The notes under the pieces are model-generated. The model was not told the DNA's origin and did not search any database. It was given only the letters and a program-made list of their open reading frames with translations. A stretch of 64,000 bases of DNA from Octopus sinensis (Eukaryota). This document shows positions 23,690 through 37,571 of the stretch, piece by piece. The stretch spans positions 1 to 64,000 of the forward strand of contig NW_021833710.1 of the NCBI RefSeq assembly GCF_006345805.1, in the 5' to 3' direction. Both the position numbers and the translations under genes were made by a program. Every line of letters starts with the position of its first letter. Position 1 is the stretch's first letter.

Positions 23690-24360
23690 TTGCTACACAC
23701 TACTTTCCATCCTTAATAATGAAACTTGGTAGATCCAAAAGTTAAACACACAGACACCCAAGTTGTGTCTTATATATATAGATTTCTCAACGGGGATTTC
23801 AGGGAAGAGTTTCAGGGAGTCGCTGGCGATGTATTGCGATGATCAAAAATCCGGGCTGCTAAAATTTGGTTAAAGTGATTCAAACTGCAGACTCAACGCA
23901 AAATGGTCACATTTAATTCAAAGCGTTAAAAATGTTATGAAAACAATTGGTATGTGTTCACAAAGTCCAAACGATTAATACGAAAAAACCCCCCAGGCTA
24001 CATCCCGAAAATTCATTTCTTTGCCGGAGTTCTACAATATTTACGGCGATTCGTTTTTATAACTTGATTTTTTTATTTTTCATGCAATTTACGCATGCTT
24101 GCACCCGTGGTGAACACAGTTCACGTCAAACAGCTGACTGAGTAAAGTTCACTATTCAATGCATGGGATAAGGCCTAAACAAACACATTATCGATTTTTG
24201 CACTTGCGAGATGAATTTCGGAACAGAAATAGCGCAGTTCAATTTTCATTCGCCTAAACTTTAAGTGACCCATTTTTGGTGGTTCTACGATTTGTTGGCT
24301 AGGAGGAGATGTGCCGGGAAGTTAAACACACAGACACATAAGTTGAGTTATATATATTTA
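23690..24360 (-). mobile_element. Additional Helitron-like 5' ends stacked in tandem
   Basis: Motif AGTTAAACACACAGACAC...TATATATA(GAT) recurs, ending at about 23782 and about 24360. Confidence 0.5.
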
Positions 24361-24375
24361 TATACATACATATAT

Positions 24376-24480
24376 ATCACCGTGATCACCGTGACCGTGG
24401 AGCTTTAGGTGTTTTCGCTCAATAAACACTCACAACGCCCGGTCTGGGAATCGAAACCGCGAGTCCGCTGCCATTGCGCC
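24376..24480 (-). mobile_element. Internally deleted SINE family C
   Basis: C head joined to an (ATCACCGTG)2 tail. Body missing relative to 162-456. Confidence 0.75.
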
Positions 24481-24796
24481 CCCCCCCCATATATATATAT
24501 ATATACTTGAATATTCATCGTTTGAAAATGTTCATTCTCTGCTTTCTCTCGATTTACGTGTGTGAGTGTGTGTTGTATATTATACCCCAGTAGTTTTATT
24601 TGTTCATTTGCATTATTGTCACCATATTTGCTCACTTGTATTCCTATTATAGCCACTCTTTCCTCAGCGGACTTGTTACTCAGTAAATGTTTCGTAGTGT
24701 AAGTTCAAATCCTTTAAGCGCTACAAGTGTTTTCTATGTTGAGAATCTCATCTTTTGACTCTATTTCAGTACGTTTTTGTACATATATATATGCAC

Positions 24797-24827
<31 letters not shown>

Positions 24828-25002
24828 TATACGTATATATGTACATATACGCATATATATGTACATCTCTTACATTAAAAAAAAAAATTACATATCTTAC
24901 TTTTTTTATGCATGTATGAGCTGCTCCTCTCTTTAACTTTGGCTGGCAATCTATCTAGGAAAAGGAAATCTCCAAAATAAAACATGAGTCCTTGGAAGTT
25001 TT

Positions 25003-25042
25003 CTTTTACCCAAAACCAGGAACTTTTCAGCACCCCCTCATA
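25003..25042. mobile_element. Solitary mariner-like terminal inverted repeat
   Basis: Reverse complement TA|TGAGGGGGTGCTGAAAAGTTCCTGG resembles mariner TIRs. No partner TIR found. Confidence 0.45.
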
Positions 25043-26376
25043 TATAATATGTATCGATGCTTTTCCATCGATTTTGACCATGAGAATTCAGTTCGATCAC
25101 GTGAATTTCTTGTACATTATATTAGCTTGTAAGTTGTTGCGCATGCTACAGACACTTCTATAGTGATCTTAATTCTCAAGCAGAATGAACATGGGTCAAC
25201 GAGTCACAAGGCTATGACTAAATGATAAATCCGCTGGACTTCTAAGTAATTTCACTAACGAATTACGGGTCGACATAGCTTTAGAAAATGACATCTGTAC
25301 ATAATGCTACACTATGGGATTGGAACCCAGATCTGGTGGTGCAGTGTGAGCCTCTTAACTATTCTGTTATATTCCGCTTTTACGCTTAAGTAATTTTAAT
25401 GTGATTTCTTGGATAACCATGTTATTACTTATCCTCAGTGAAAAATATATAATCACTGTATCATAGGATTTTCTTTTTCGGTTCTCTTACAAAACGAGAC
25501 TATATTTTGTGCGTTTATTTAAATGCTATATTTTACATTATATTTCAAACTACTGCCCCGCAAAAAGAAAAAAAAAATACTTAGAAACAAAAATCATTTA
25601 ACGTAAAGTATACTAGCCATCTCAGTATGGCTAACCACTAAGGGTGGGTGTTACTGTAGCTTTTAGCCCCAGGAGATCATTTAATTAATTATAAACACAA
25701 AGCATTGCGTTGGAAGGATCGGTACCGTGTTGGACAAGATGCATAGTGGTATTTCTTCTGGCTCTTTACGTTCTGAGTTCAAAAACTGCCGACGTCAACT
25801 TTGCTTTTCATTCTTTTGTGTGTCGATAAAATATAGTACTAGACAAGTATTGGGTTTCTTGTAATTGATTAACCCAGCTGTCCACACCCTCGCCAACAAA
25901 TGCTAGTCTTGTGCGAAAATTAGAGTCAATTATAAAATAAGTTCCTTCAGACATTTACATATATTTTCGAGTGTATGGATGAGGGGGAAAGTGAGTGGAG
26001 CGAGAGAAAATGACAGAGAGGGACCGGAGATGTAGACAGAGGATGTGTAAGTATTGTATAACTATTTATTGTGCGTCTCTGTGTCTGTGTGTAAGGTCTT
26101 TGTCTAGAAATAGTATTAGACAGGAGAAATGAATGAAAGTAATGTTTGAGTATTTGATGAGATTGTGTGAAAGAAAGACAGGGAATGAGTAAAAGAGAGG
26201 ATGGAATATAGGCGATAAAACAACAATTACCACTGCTGTTGCTGCTGCTACTACTACCGTTGCAAGAATTAGTGACTGAGCAGGCGGGTAAATGATAATA
26301 CAAAAGTAGAGATAAAGAGAAGATATGGAGAAAGAGAGATAAAGGCGTATGAGGAGTTAAGGATGGAAACAGACAT

Positions 26377-26409
<33 letters not shown>

Positions 26410-27821
26410 GAGAGAGAGAGAGGTAAAGAGAAAGAAAGAGGAGATTGACAGCATTCATGCTACTTTAGAGAAGGAGTTGGAGGGAGGGAAAAAGCGCGCG
26501 AGAAGGAAGTGGGGGAAACTATATTCTATTCTATAAGCAATACATTAGCCAACAGGTTAGGTAATAAGTTATGTAATACATTTATTAATAGCTAATGTTT
26601 TTATATTAAGTAACAATTTTGAGTAATGCATTAAATACATTACGGTAATCGATACATTAACAAATACTTATATAATCCGTTAAGTTATGTTAAGCTACTT
26701 GTTATGTAATAGATCAAGAAATATATTAAGTTATACTTATGTAATGCGATAATATGGAATATAATATACTAAATAATACGTTAAATTAACTGCTGTTTAA
26801 TACCTTAAGCTCTACACTTAATAATACGTTATTTATTACTTATTCAGTGAATTATAATATGTGAAAGAACGCATTAACCAATACGAATGAACTACTATTT
26901 TAAATGATAGTTTCTTATCATAGATTCACATAATCACCTATATGAACACACACACACACACACATACACACACACACACACACATACACATACACACGCA
27001 CATACACTCACAGATGAACGTGTATAATAATACAATCTCAAACACACGTGCATCTTTTGTAAGGATATACAGAAGAAAATTTTTTTTCTTCCATTAGGCG
27101 AAGCTCACACACACATAGATGTCTATGGTGTACAAACGACTCAATTGACCACAGAAAAATGACTAGTACTTATTATTTCAACTAACACCCTCTTGTCAAG
27201 GAGCAGAAAACAAAGGCGGGACATGAACTAGAAAAAAATAGAAAGGATGATAGGACGGTTTTTTTCAAGTTGAGCAAACTAGCAGAAGGAGACGGTTGGA
27301 TAAAACAGCCGAGAACTGTAATGATAGTTGTTCTGATAGTGGAGGTAACCGTGTATTCTACTCCCAGAAACAGTTGGTAGAAATGATGGGTAGTTTGACG
27401 GAGGTTCATATGTTTAACAGTATATTTTTCATGGACCCAAAATTTACCTCTAAACGAAGGAAAGCATATTTAACTTTGACTCTTGCTTTACATGTTTATT
27501 TTTGCTTTTTATTCTGGAAGGAAGGCAATGACTATGACCCTGTACAAGTTATTCGAGAATGCTAAGGAGAAAATATTCTTAAACTGGAGATCTGCGTGCA
27601 CTAAAGTTGACTCCAGTGAAATTATCCAAGATGTCAGGTGGTGGCGTTAAAAATGACAACATATCAAGTCTACCACCTGAATAAACTATGGTGAGATTTG
27701 CACTGAATGTACAAAAGGCTGGAATAGATGCTTCAAAAATAAAAAAAAGACAAAGGTAAAATAAAAGAACGTGGCAGACTTTTATGACATTTGTTTTGCT
27801 TATGGCTCCTCCTAGCGATAA

Positions 27822-28152
27822 GAACACTCCGTCGGTTACGACGACGAGGGTCCCAGCTGATACAATCAACGGAACAGCTTGCTAGTGAAATTAACGTGCA
27901 AGTGGCTGAGCATTCCACAGACACGTGTACCCTTAACGTAGTTCTCAGGGACATTCAGCGTGACACAGAGTGTGACAAGGCTGACACTTTTTTGAAATAC
28001 AGGTACTACTCATTTTTACCAGCTGAGTGGACTGGAGCAACGTGAAATAAAGTGTCTTGCTCAAGGACAAAACGCGTCACCGGGAATCGAACTCATAACC
28101 TTACGATCATGAGCCGAATGCCCTAACCACTAAGCCACGTGCCCTCACCCGG
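27822..28152 (-). mobile_element. SINE family D with shared tail T
   Basis: Head GAGGGCACGTGGCTTAGTGGTTAGGG..GGCTCATGATC..GAGTTCGATTCC. 10-bp TSD CTAGCGATAA at 27812-27821 and 28153-28162. Confidence 0.88.
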
Positions 28153-28897
28153 CTAGCGATAACGTTTAACGTTAGAGAAAACATAAATAGAGAGGATGGT
28201 TTTTACTTGTACAGAGAAAAGAGCATGATATTTTGAATGAAAGATGAAAGAGACGAGAAATGATTGAATGAGAAGTAATGGGTATGTTCAGTATGCCTGA
28301 TTGGGAAGTGTAAGGATATCGCTAGTCTAGAGGGGTCACCCCAGTTTTGTAGCTAGACCATTTGTGTATTAAATGTAGTGTGTTTAAATGCATAAATCAT
28401 TAAGTGGAGAGGCTTCAACTCAGAAGTTTAGGAGTTTTACAGTGTGAAATTAACCCTTACTCACAACTACTGCCAGTTCTCAGTTAGCTCGGTTACATAG
28501 TATCTGTCGAAGACCATAGTTATAGATAATAAAGCAGAATATGGTCTTGTGTCTACGATATAGACGACAACGAAGATAGCTGGCTCGCAAACATACTTTG
28601 TACAAGATCGCTGGTTTTTATGACAAGATCTGATGCCATGTGAACCAGTTTTCTGCTTAAGAATTATATAGGCACAGTACCGTATGTTCAAGCTCGAAAG
28701 AGCAGCAGACAGCTAGAGAGTACTAAATAAATCGAAACAAAGCAACAAAATCACTAGCAATCAGGTTTTGGGCAAGGATATCCATAATTGTGACACATGC
28801 AAAACAGATATGGACCAAGAAGACAGAAGAACGAGATTCAAACGGCCGTTCTTGTTATATATCTAAACAGCAGTGTCCTATAGATTAGTGATTCACA

Positions 28898-29305
28898 GTG
28901 TGGTAAGTAGCTTGTCTACCAACCACATGGTTCCGGGTTCAGTCCCACTGCGTGGCACCTTGAGAAAGTGTCTTCTACTATAGCCTCGGGCCGACCAAAG
29001 CCTTGTGAGTGGATTTGGTAGACGGAAACTGAAAGAAGCCCGTCGTATATATGTATATATATATATATATATATATGCGTGTGTGTTTGTGTGTCTGTGT
29101 TTGTCCCCTAGCATTGCTTGACAACCAATGCTGGTGTGTTTATGTCCCCGTTACTTAGCGGTTCGGCAAAAGAGACCGATAGAATAAGTACTGGCCTTAC
29201 AAAAGAATAAGTCCCGGGGTTCGAGTTGCTCGATTAAAGGCGGTGCTCCAGCATGGCCACAGTCAAATGACTGAAACAAGTAAAAGAGTAAAAGAGTAAA
29301 GAGTA
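28898..29305 (+). mobile_element. SINE family A, slightly 5'-truncated
   Basis: Matches the consensus from GTGTGGTAAG to the (AAAGAGT)n tail. Confidence 0.9.
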
Positions 29306-30632
29306 TGATATGTTTATATATTCAAACTGGAAATGCCTAAAATATTTTCTTCAGAATAATGAGTGCAAAAGGATTGGCTTCATCTTGTAATATGAATAAG
29401 TATAAGAAATATCCAATATAAATGAATTACTGTCATCTATAATTAATTCAATTAATTGCTTGTCCGTCGTTTCTCTCCTTCCCTATTTCTCTCTCTCTCC
29501 CCCCCTCTCTCTCTCTCTACACACACACATAAGTATATTTATATTTTCATTTGTTTTTAATCAAGCAGGAGTCTAGTTGTTTTGCGAGAGATATCATGTA
29601 AGTGATTGATATAGACTCCTCTCATATTTTTACTGGATCCAATAAACGATTTAGTCGGCCACACTGTAATCAGCTTAATCAACGAAGAAGCTCGACATGG
29701 TCCTCTGATTTGTTAGCTATAAAAACCAAGTTTCATTGTTATTGTTCGATGCCATCAGAAAATGGAAGAGGACACATTAAGTAGAAAAACCCCAAAAGAG
29801 ACAAAATGGTCATGAAGGGAATACCTTGAGCATTGGTTTGCACGATTATGTCTTTTGCGGCTAAACAACTCTAAAAATAACCATGTAGATTTGTACTCTG
29901 AACCAAGTCAGTTATTATATTTAATTGGTTCGGTTTTCCTCCTTCTCGATTTTGGACTTCTTTCCACTTAGTGATATTTTAGGGAATATAGATATTTGTG
30001 GAAAAAGCAGATATTCACACGTTCACACGTTCACATACACTTCCAATATCCTACACGGATACATATTTTCAGTATCTGTCTGTCTGTTTGTCTCAATTAT
30101 ATTTTTATGTAAAAATATACACAAACACATGCACGCATGCACACACATATACCTGTACTAAAAAGTATGTGTAGACTTTCAACTTAATTTTTTTCTTTGA
30201 TGCAAGCAATCTTTCCTTCACCTCCTCTCTCTCTCTCTCTCCCTCTGTGTGTGTATGAGCGTGCGCGCGCGCGCGCGTGTGTGTGTGTGCTTATGTGTAT
30301 ATTTTTATAACAGAATGACTTGTTGGCACAGCTCCACGTTACTAAACATTTCGCGGCCGCAAATTGTGATGTTCGGACTCTGATTCTGCACTCTTGTCTT
30401 TTAGAGATGCCTTGACGAGTTTAGTCGATGGAAACGACCTTACTACTTATGTTTTAAAATCCCCAACTTAATCCAGCTTTTTTTTTTCTGGATATTATCT
30501 GTACATAAACACACGAACACTGGTTGATAGGTGGTGTGAAGCAAACGCAAACACGCACTCTCACGTGCATATATATATATATATATATATAAGTGTTTTT
30601 CATAAAACCACATGAGCATTCACACACACACA

Positions 30633-30807
30633 TGAAGGCACGTGGAATAGTGGTTAGAGTATGCAGCTCATGATCGTAAAGTTGTGGGTTTGCATACCTG
30701 CGGAGTGCTTGGCTAGTTGCATGATAATTTCACTTGCATGTTAATTTTGGGATCAGCAGTCAACGTAGTAACCGATCAGCAGTCAACGTAGAAACCGACG
30801 GAGTGCC
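30633..30807 (+). mobile_element. Internally deleted SINE family D
   Basis: D head plus the end of tail T, with a tandem duplication of GATCAGCAGTCAACGTAG(T/A)AACCGA. Confidence 0.65.
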
Positions 30808-30813
30808 AGAAAG

Positions 30814-30847
<34 letters not shown>

Positions 30848-31078
30848 GATGAATCTGTAAATTGTTTCCAACCACTAAATTTTGGGCCCAAGCGCAAAAA
30901 AGTATCATAGTTCAAACTACTGCGCAGTGAGACTGAACTTGAAACCACATGATTGAAAAGCGAAGTTCATTTCCACACAGCTAAGCCCTCGCCTATTTTC
31001 ATTCGAATTGTCTATTCCGTAAACACGTATTTAGTCTTCCGCCGTTGCGCCGACTGACCTTTACTTTCTCCTCCCTCC

Positions 31079-31124
<46 letters not shown>

Positions 31125-31842
31125 CCATCTTCCAGACACACACGCTGATACAGGAACACACTACAATGTCTCTCTCTCTCTTCTATACATTCCCTCACAC
31201 TTTCTCATTCCCTCTCATATTCTTGTCTTTCACGCAGATGACATACGCACACACTAACTCGTAATTGATCTCTGTCTTTCATACACTAACATACACACAC
31301 AGACACATACACAGGCGTATACGCACACATACACACACATACACGCGTTCTCGCACACAGAATTTTTTATTTTCTCTCTCCTTTCTTTCACATACAATTC
31401 AGTTGGTCGTTAGTTTTCTGTTTATGCCTCACACCTCTTTCTCTCTGATTTCCGACTCACTGTTATGCTTATACGAACATGCCAAAGCCTTTGCTAACAA
31501 CCTATAATCTCTCTCTATCATTTTTGCACTTCCAAACGCACGCACATACTTGCACAAGCTTGGTCTCAAACACTCATGTGCACACACGCATGCTTGCACA
31601 CACAAGCGCGCACACCCCACACGCACAGAAACACAAACACATACACAGGAACAGCTACGAAATCAATGACGGTGACTGTCTCACAAGCTCCATCCCTTTC
31701 AGAATTACATTCGTTATTCTTCCCTGTCCCTTTCCTTTATTCCCACTATTCTTCACATAAAAACAACTGCTAACACGATGAATCTCCTCCTCCTCTACCC
31801 TTCTTTCCATCTCTGTAACACACCCAAACATAACTTACACAC

Positions 31843-32216
31843 GGCGCAATGGCCCAGTGGTTAGAGCAGCGGACTCGCGGTCGTAGGATCGCGGTTTCGA
31901 TTCTCAGACCGGGCGTTGTGTGTGTTTATTGAGCGAAAACATCTAAAAGCTCCACGAGGCTCCGGCAGGGATGGTGCTGATCCCTGCTGTACTCTTTCAC
32001 CACAACTTTCTCTCACTCTTACTTCCTGTTTCTGTTGTACCTGTATTTCAAAGGGCCGGCCTTGTCACTCTCTGTGTCACGCTGAGTATCCCCGAGAACT
32101 ACGTTAAGGGTACACGTGTCTGTGGAGTGCTCAGCCACTTACACGTTAATTTCACGAGCAGGCTGTTCCGTTGATCGGATCAACCGGAACCCTCATCGTC
32201 GTAACCGACGGAGTGC
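31843..32216 (+). mobile_element. SINE with C head and shared tail T
   Basis: Highly similar to 16565-16945. Confidence 0.88.
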
Positions 32217-33481
32217 TTCCACCACCACATACACATTCAAAGAAACACGTGCACAAAACCAAATATATAAACACTCTAAATCATTTTAATTCAGGCCGAT
32301 ATTTCCGCCTTGAAACTGACATGTTTATACCATGCAAATTAGATTGTTGTTAGATATATGCTCTGTCTTTTGAGCGCTCTGAGTTCAAATCCTAACAAGT
32401 TTAAGTTTGTCTTCATTCCATTGTCGGCCGAAAAGTTTAAATACCGGTTTTTATGGTGGAATGGTTGAACTTTTAAGAGCGTCGGACGAAATTCCTTACG
32501 GCCATGTTAGAAAACTTTGCATTCTGTATTTATACAAATACCAACTGAGGAGTCTCATTGAACACTTGCAGAAATTCTCTCCATTCTTGGAAAATATAAT
32601 TTTTCTATGGATGTATTTATGGGCGGTAGTAGACTCTAAACGTTTTTAGGTTTGATACCACTTCCTGGATCGTCTTGATGGGTTATTTTAGTTGCAATTC
32701 TTTGGGCTAGGTCTCCAGTTTAAAGGCAATTTTTATATTTTCGCCTACCCGTTTCGGAGGCCCTGAAGAAAATGGGACCCCATCACATTCCGTTTCACTG
32801 TATTGATGACTGAGCATTTCATATGCAATTGCATATTTTATGTAGTTCTCAGGTAGAGACAAAGTAACAATGTTTATTACAAAGCCCTGACATTACGGGT
32901 ACAATGTCAGTTATGGGTGCAGTCTATCCGATGAGTTCTCATACTTTCTTTCCAGCGAGGCTTTGGTAAAACACTCTTGCTAAATATGCAAATTAGAATC
33001 TAACCTGGCATCTAATGACTGTGAAGCGAAATTATAGACTGGAATTTATTTTAACTCCATTGGAAAGAAGACAGTCAATCTTAATTTGATTCGAACTCCG
33101 AATGAAAAGGCATTTTATCCGGTGCTTTACTTATTGTAATGATCTTTTCAACTATAGGCGTAAGGGGTGAAATTCTAGAAGAGGGGGGGGTAGTCTTTTA
33201 TGTCGGCCCTAGTGTTCAACTGATTCTCGCTTCTTCAGCATCGAAAGGATGAAAGGTAAAGACGACCTCGGCGAAATTTGGACTCAGAACATAAAACTGG
33301 ACAAAACGCCATTAAGCATTTTGTTTGGTGTGCTAACGATTTTGCGAGTTAAGGAATCGAAAGAGGAAAGAATGTGGAGCGAGAAAGGAGAAAAACAGTC
33401 AAGAAGACAGAGTTGATGACGGTGAGAGATAAAACAAGATAGAACTAAGGCTAGAGATAGGAAAGAAGGTAAAATAATAGA

Positions 33482-33830
33482 TATCTTGGGCAAGTGTCTT
33501 CTGCTATAGCTCCGGGCCGACCAATGCCTTGTGAGTGGATTTGGTAGACGGAAACTGAAAGAAGCCTGTCGTATATATGTATATATATATATATGTATGT
33601 GTGTGTGTTGTTTGTGTGTCTGTGTTTGTACCCCTAGCATTGCTTGACAACCGATGCTGGTGTGTTTACGTCCCCGTCACTTCGCGGTTCGGCAAAAAGA
33701 GACCGATAGAATAAGTACTGGGCTTACAAAAAGAATAAGTCCCGGGGTCGATTTGCACGACTAAAGGCGGTGCTCCAGCATGGCCGCAGTCAAATGACTG
33801 AAACAAGTAAAAGAGTAAAAGAGTAAAGAG
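33482..33830 (+). mobile_element. SINE family A, 5'-truncated
   Basis: Starts at TCTTGGGCAAGTG, full tail. Confidence 0.88.
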
Positions 33831-34688
33831 AGACAGATAGATAAACAGAAAGACTGAGAAGGCTAGAAAGGTTCAATAATTCTCTATAGAAATTTTTCCT
33901 TCCTAACCTGAATATTGTCTTTGACAAATCATCAGTTAATGCACTCTGTATCACACACTCAAATACACACAGATATATATATACACACGCGCAAAATTAT
34001 TCATGGATTCATAGAAGACTAGACGATTATAGCTTTAACACAATATTTATTGAGACGTAAAATAAGAAAAGTCTCTGGAAAAATCATAAAAACAATAAGA
34101 AAAAGTATAAAGTATAGAAGTACCCCCCTGTGGAAGGAACAAATAAGAATTTTACTTTTCGGACAGGGGGTCATCTTCAAGTACGTTAATAGATTATATT
34201 GCGGAATGTAGTGTATTCGGAGTAAAACCAGCACAGTGGATGCTTAACGGTAGCTGTTATAGCGGAAATGTTTAGAATTGGCTTTTATACAGCTACCAAA
34301 ATGAATAAAAATTGGTTAGAAATAAGAAATATGTATATTATACATTTATCTGTCTGGGTAAGCGTGTGGGGTTGCATGAATGGGCATGTAGTGAGAATGT
34401 GTGTAGAATTTTGGAAAGCTGAAAGAGACAGCGATGATGTGCTTTGCTGTACGAGCTGAACAAGTAAGTGTTATGTACCATGGAAAGGATCGGATGGTGT
34501 GTGATGGTGTGTGTGTGTGTGTGTGTAAGTGTGTGTATGTGTGTGTATGTGTATGTGTGTGTATGTGTATGTGTGTATATGTGTATGTGTGTGTAAAACA
34601 ATATTTTCTCCTTAACACTCGTCACACTGATTATCATAGTCCTTGCACTTCAATCTCCTCTCTTTCACATACACACTCACATATGCAC

Positions 34689-34843
34689 ACGACGGGCTTC
34701 TTTCAATTTCCCTCTACGAAATCCACTCACAAGGCTTTGGTCGGCCCGAGGCTATAGTAGAAGACACTTGCCCAAGGTGCCACGCAGTGGGACTGAATCC
34801 CGGAACCATATGGTTCGTAAGCAATCTACTTACCCAACAGCCA
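34689..34843 (-). mobile_element. SINE family A, 5' half only
   Basis: Ends at the position of the internal microsatellite. Confidence 0.8.
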
Positions 34844-35465
34844 TTAGAGAGATCAAATGTTTCTGCAGCATATTATCTCTCTCCAACCATTCAGCGTTGG
34901 CTATACAAATACCAACAGAGGAGGCTCATTGAGCACTTGCAGAAATTCTCTCCATCATTCTGGGAAAATATAATTTCTCTATGGATGCAACCCCACCACC
35001 AAAAAAAAAAGTAATTTCATAAGAAGTCATTTCTCATTAAATAAATTAATACATGCTCTACAAAATGAATTGAGTGCCTTACTTAAATCCCTTCCGTTTG
35101 TAACAGAAATTAAAACACAACTGTTAATTTTTTGCATGTGAATACGTGCGTATGCCTGAGTACATAGAGATTACGCGTCTATTCGGAAGTTCACGGATAA
35201 CTTCTATAATCTATATAATATAATACACAAACACACACACATACACATATAAATATTCCGCTAGAATATTTTTGCGGACACCGCCAATATAGGGGGCATT
35301 CAGTTTTATCATAAATGGTATGAAACTGAGTATGACCAATTGGTTGATAATTGATGAAGAATTAGGGACCTTCTGTGTTTGACTCCTGTCCGGTTGTACA
35401 CTCAGTTTACGTTATGTCGTTTGTTTATTTTTCATACATTTCTTTACTTATTACACAGACACACA

Positions 35466-35499
<34 letters not shown>

Positions 35500-35750
35500 A
35501 TAAGAAATGGCATACATACCAGCTCATAAAAGCATAGCAAAATCTCTCTCTCTTTCCCCCTCTCTCTCTCCCCCAATCACTCTCTCCCCCAATCACTCTC
35601 TCTCTATCTATCTATCGATCTAGATACAGTGTACATTTAAGCACATAAAAGGTATCCGTCATAGGATTCCTGGCAAGCTAGAAGGAACAGCCAAAATCCA
35701 AACCACTATTAGGGATGAACTTCAAAGGAAATGAAAACTGAAAATAATTA

Positions 35751-35754
<4 letters not shown>

Positions 35755-35803
<49 letters not shown>

Positions 35804-35823
35804 CTATCTATCATCTATCTACA

Positions 35824-35873
<50 letters not shown>

Positions 35874-35917
35874 CCTACCTACCAACCTATCTCTATTTAT
35901 CTATCTATCTATCTATC

Positions 35918-35953
<36 letters not shown>

Positions 35954-35990
35954 CCTACCTACCTATCTATATATATATATGTATCTATCT
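35755..35990. repeat. (TC)n(TATC)n microsatellite
   Basis: Direct inspection. Confidence 0.95.
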
Positions 35991-36554
35991 GTCTGTCTCT
36001 CTATATATACATACAAGTTTTCATACATACACAACAGACGCACACACACACACACATATATATATATAGACCAATATACACATGCGCATACCTACGTACA
36101 TATGTTCATACATATACACATATATATACACAACAACAGGGATAGCAAATGAACGCAGACATATATATGAAGATGGAAACGCACATGCAAACGAAAGTGG
36201 GAAAGATATAATATTGATGTTTTTAAATATTTTTATTTTCTGCTGACTCGGTTATAATCCATCACTGAAGCCTAGTTCGTGTCGCTTTATATCTACCTGC
36301 TCATCTATTTGCATTAGCATATAAGTTTCTCTATTAATTTATCCACTTATTTCTCCGTCCATGTACATATTTTCCTTTGTGTTCTCTTGGTTTATCTATG
36401 TTTAATATCTGTATGCGCATAACTTCGCCAGTTCGTTTGCTCGTATGACCTCTCTCAGTCCAGTCAACACATTTTCATATTTCTGCTTATTAATTTATCT
36501 TTCCGTAGGACTTTTAGACCGTCCATGCACATACACAGAATTATACACACACGT

Positions 36555-36742
<188 letters not shown>

Positions 36743-36749
36743 CATAGGA

Positions 36750-36980
36750 GGGCGTTAAGCTGGCAGAACCGTTAGCACGCCGGGCGAAATGCTTAGCGGT
36801 ATTTCGCCTGCCGTTGCGTTCTGAGCTCAAATTCCGCCAAGATCGACTTTGCCTTTCATTCTTTCGGGGTCGATAAATTAAGTACCAGTTACGCACTGGG
36901 GTCGATATAATCGACCTAATACGTTTGTCTGTCCTTGTTTGTCCCCTCTATGTTTAGCCCCTTGTGGGCAGTAAAGAAAT

Positions 36981-36981
<1 letters not shown>
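36750..36981 (+). mobile_element. SINE family B monomer
   Basis: Matches the B consensus through AAAGAAATA. Confidence 0.88.
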
Positions 36982-37019
<38 letters not shown>

Positions 37020-37028
<9 letters not shown>

Positions 37029-37196
37029 GTGTGTCTTTGTGTCAGTGTTTGACTCCACATCACAGTTTCAGAACCGGCGTTGGTGTGTTTACATCCTCGT
37101 AACCTAACGATTCGGCAAAAGAAACTGATAGATTAAGTATTAGGCGATGCTCCAGAATGGCCGCAGTCAAAATGACTGAAACAAGTAAAAGAGTAC
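37020..37196 (+). mobile_element. SINE family A, diverged 3' half
   Basis: Follows (TA)n, ends GAAACAAGTAAAAGAGTA. Confidence 0.75.
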
Positions 37197-37571
37197 AGCA
37201 TTATTCTCACTCCAACCTGTTACTATTTGTAGCATTGATGTTCATTTAGTTGATAGTCGTGCAAGGTACACATTCCTGTGCATTTTCTTCGAGGTTTTAC
37301 TAATCCAGGTTGGTAAAACGAACTATTAGGTAGTCCTTGTTTAAGTATACTGTAGACGTGGCATCATAAGACCTCAGGCTACATAACAGTAGGGTTTGCG
37401 TTGAAATAATATATTACTATCATTCTGATGTCATTTTAACTTTGAATGATCCTTTTATATATGAAGAGAACAGACTATTTTATACGCTTAGTGACAAAAA
37501 AACAACTTTAATCAGGTTAGGATGCATTCACGCTTTTGACCACACGTCTTCAGGACACTATGTTACCCTAC

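Noticed and set aside
28467-28691. Minus-strand ORF with LLSITMVFDRYY resembling a GPCR DRY motif
   Set aside because: Cys spacing and TM3 pattern do not fit, a stop follows nine codons later, and no other GPCR segments were found.
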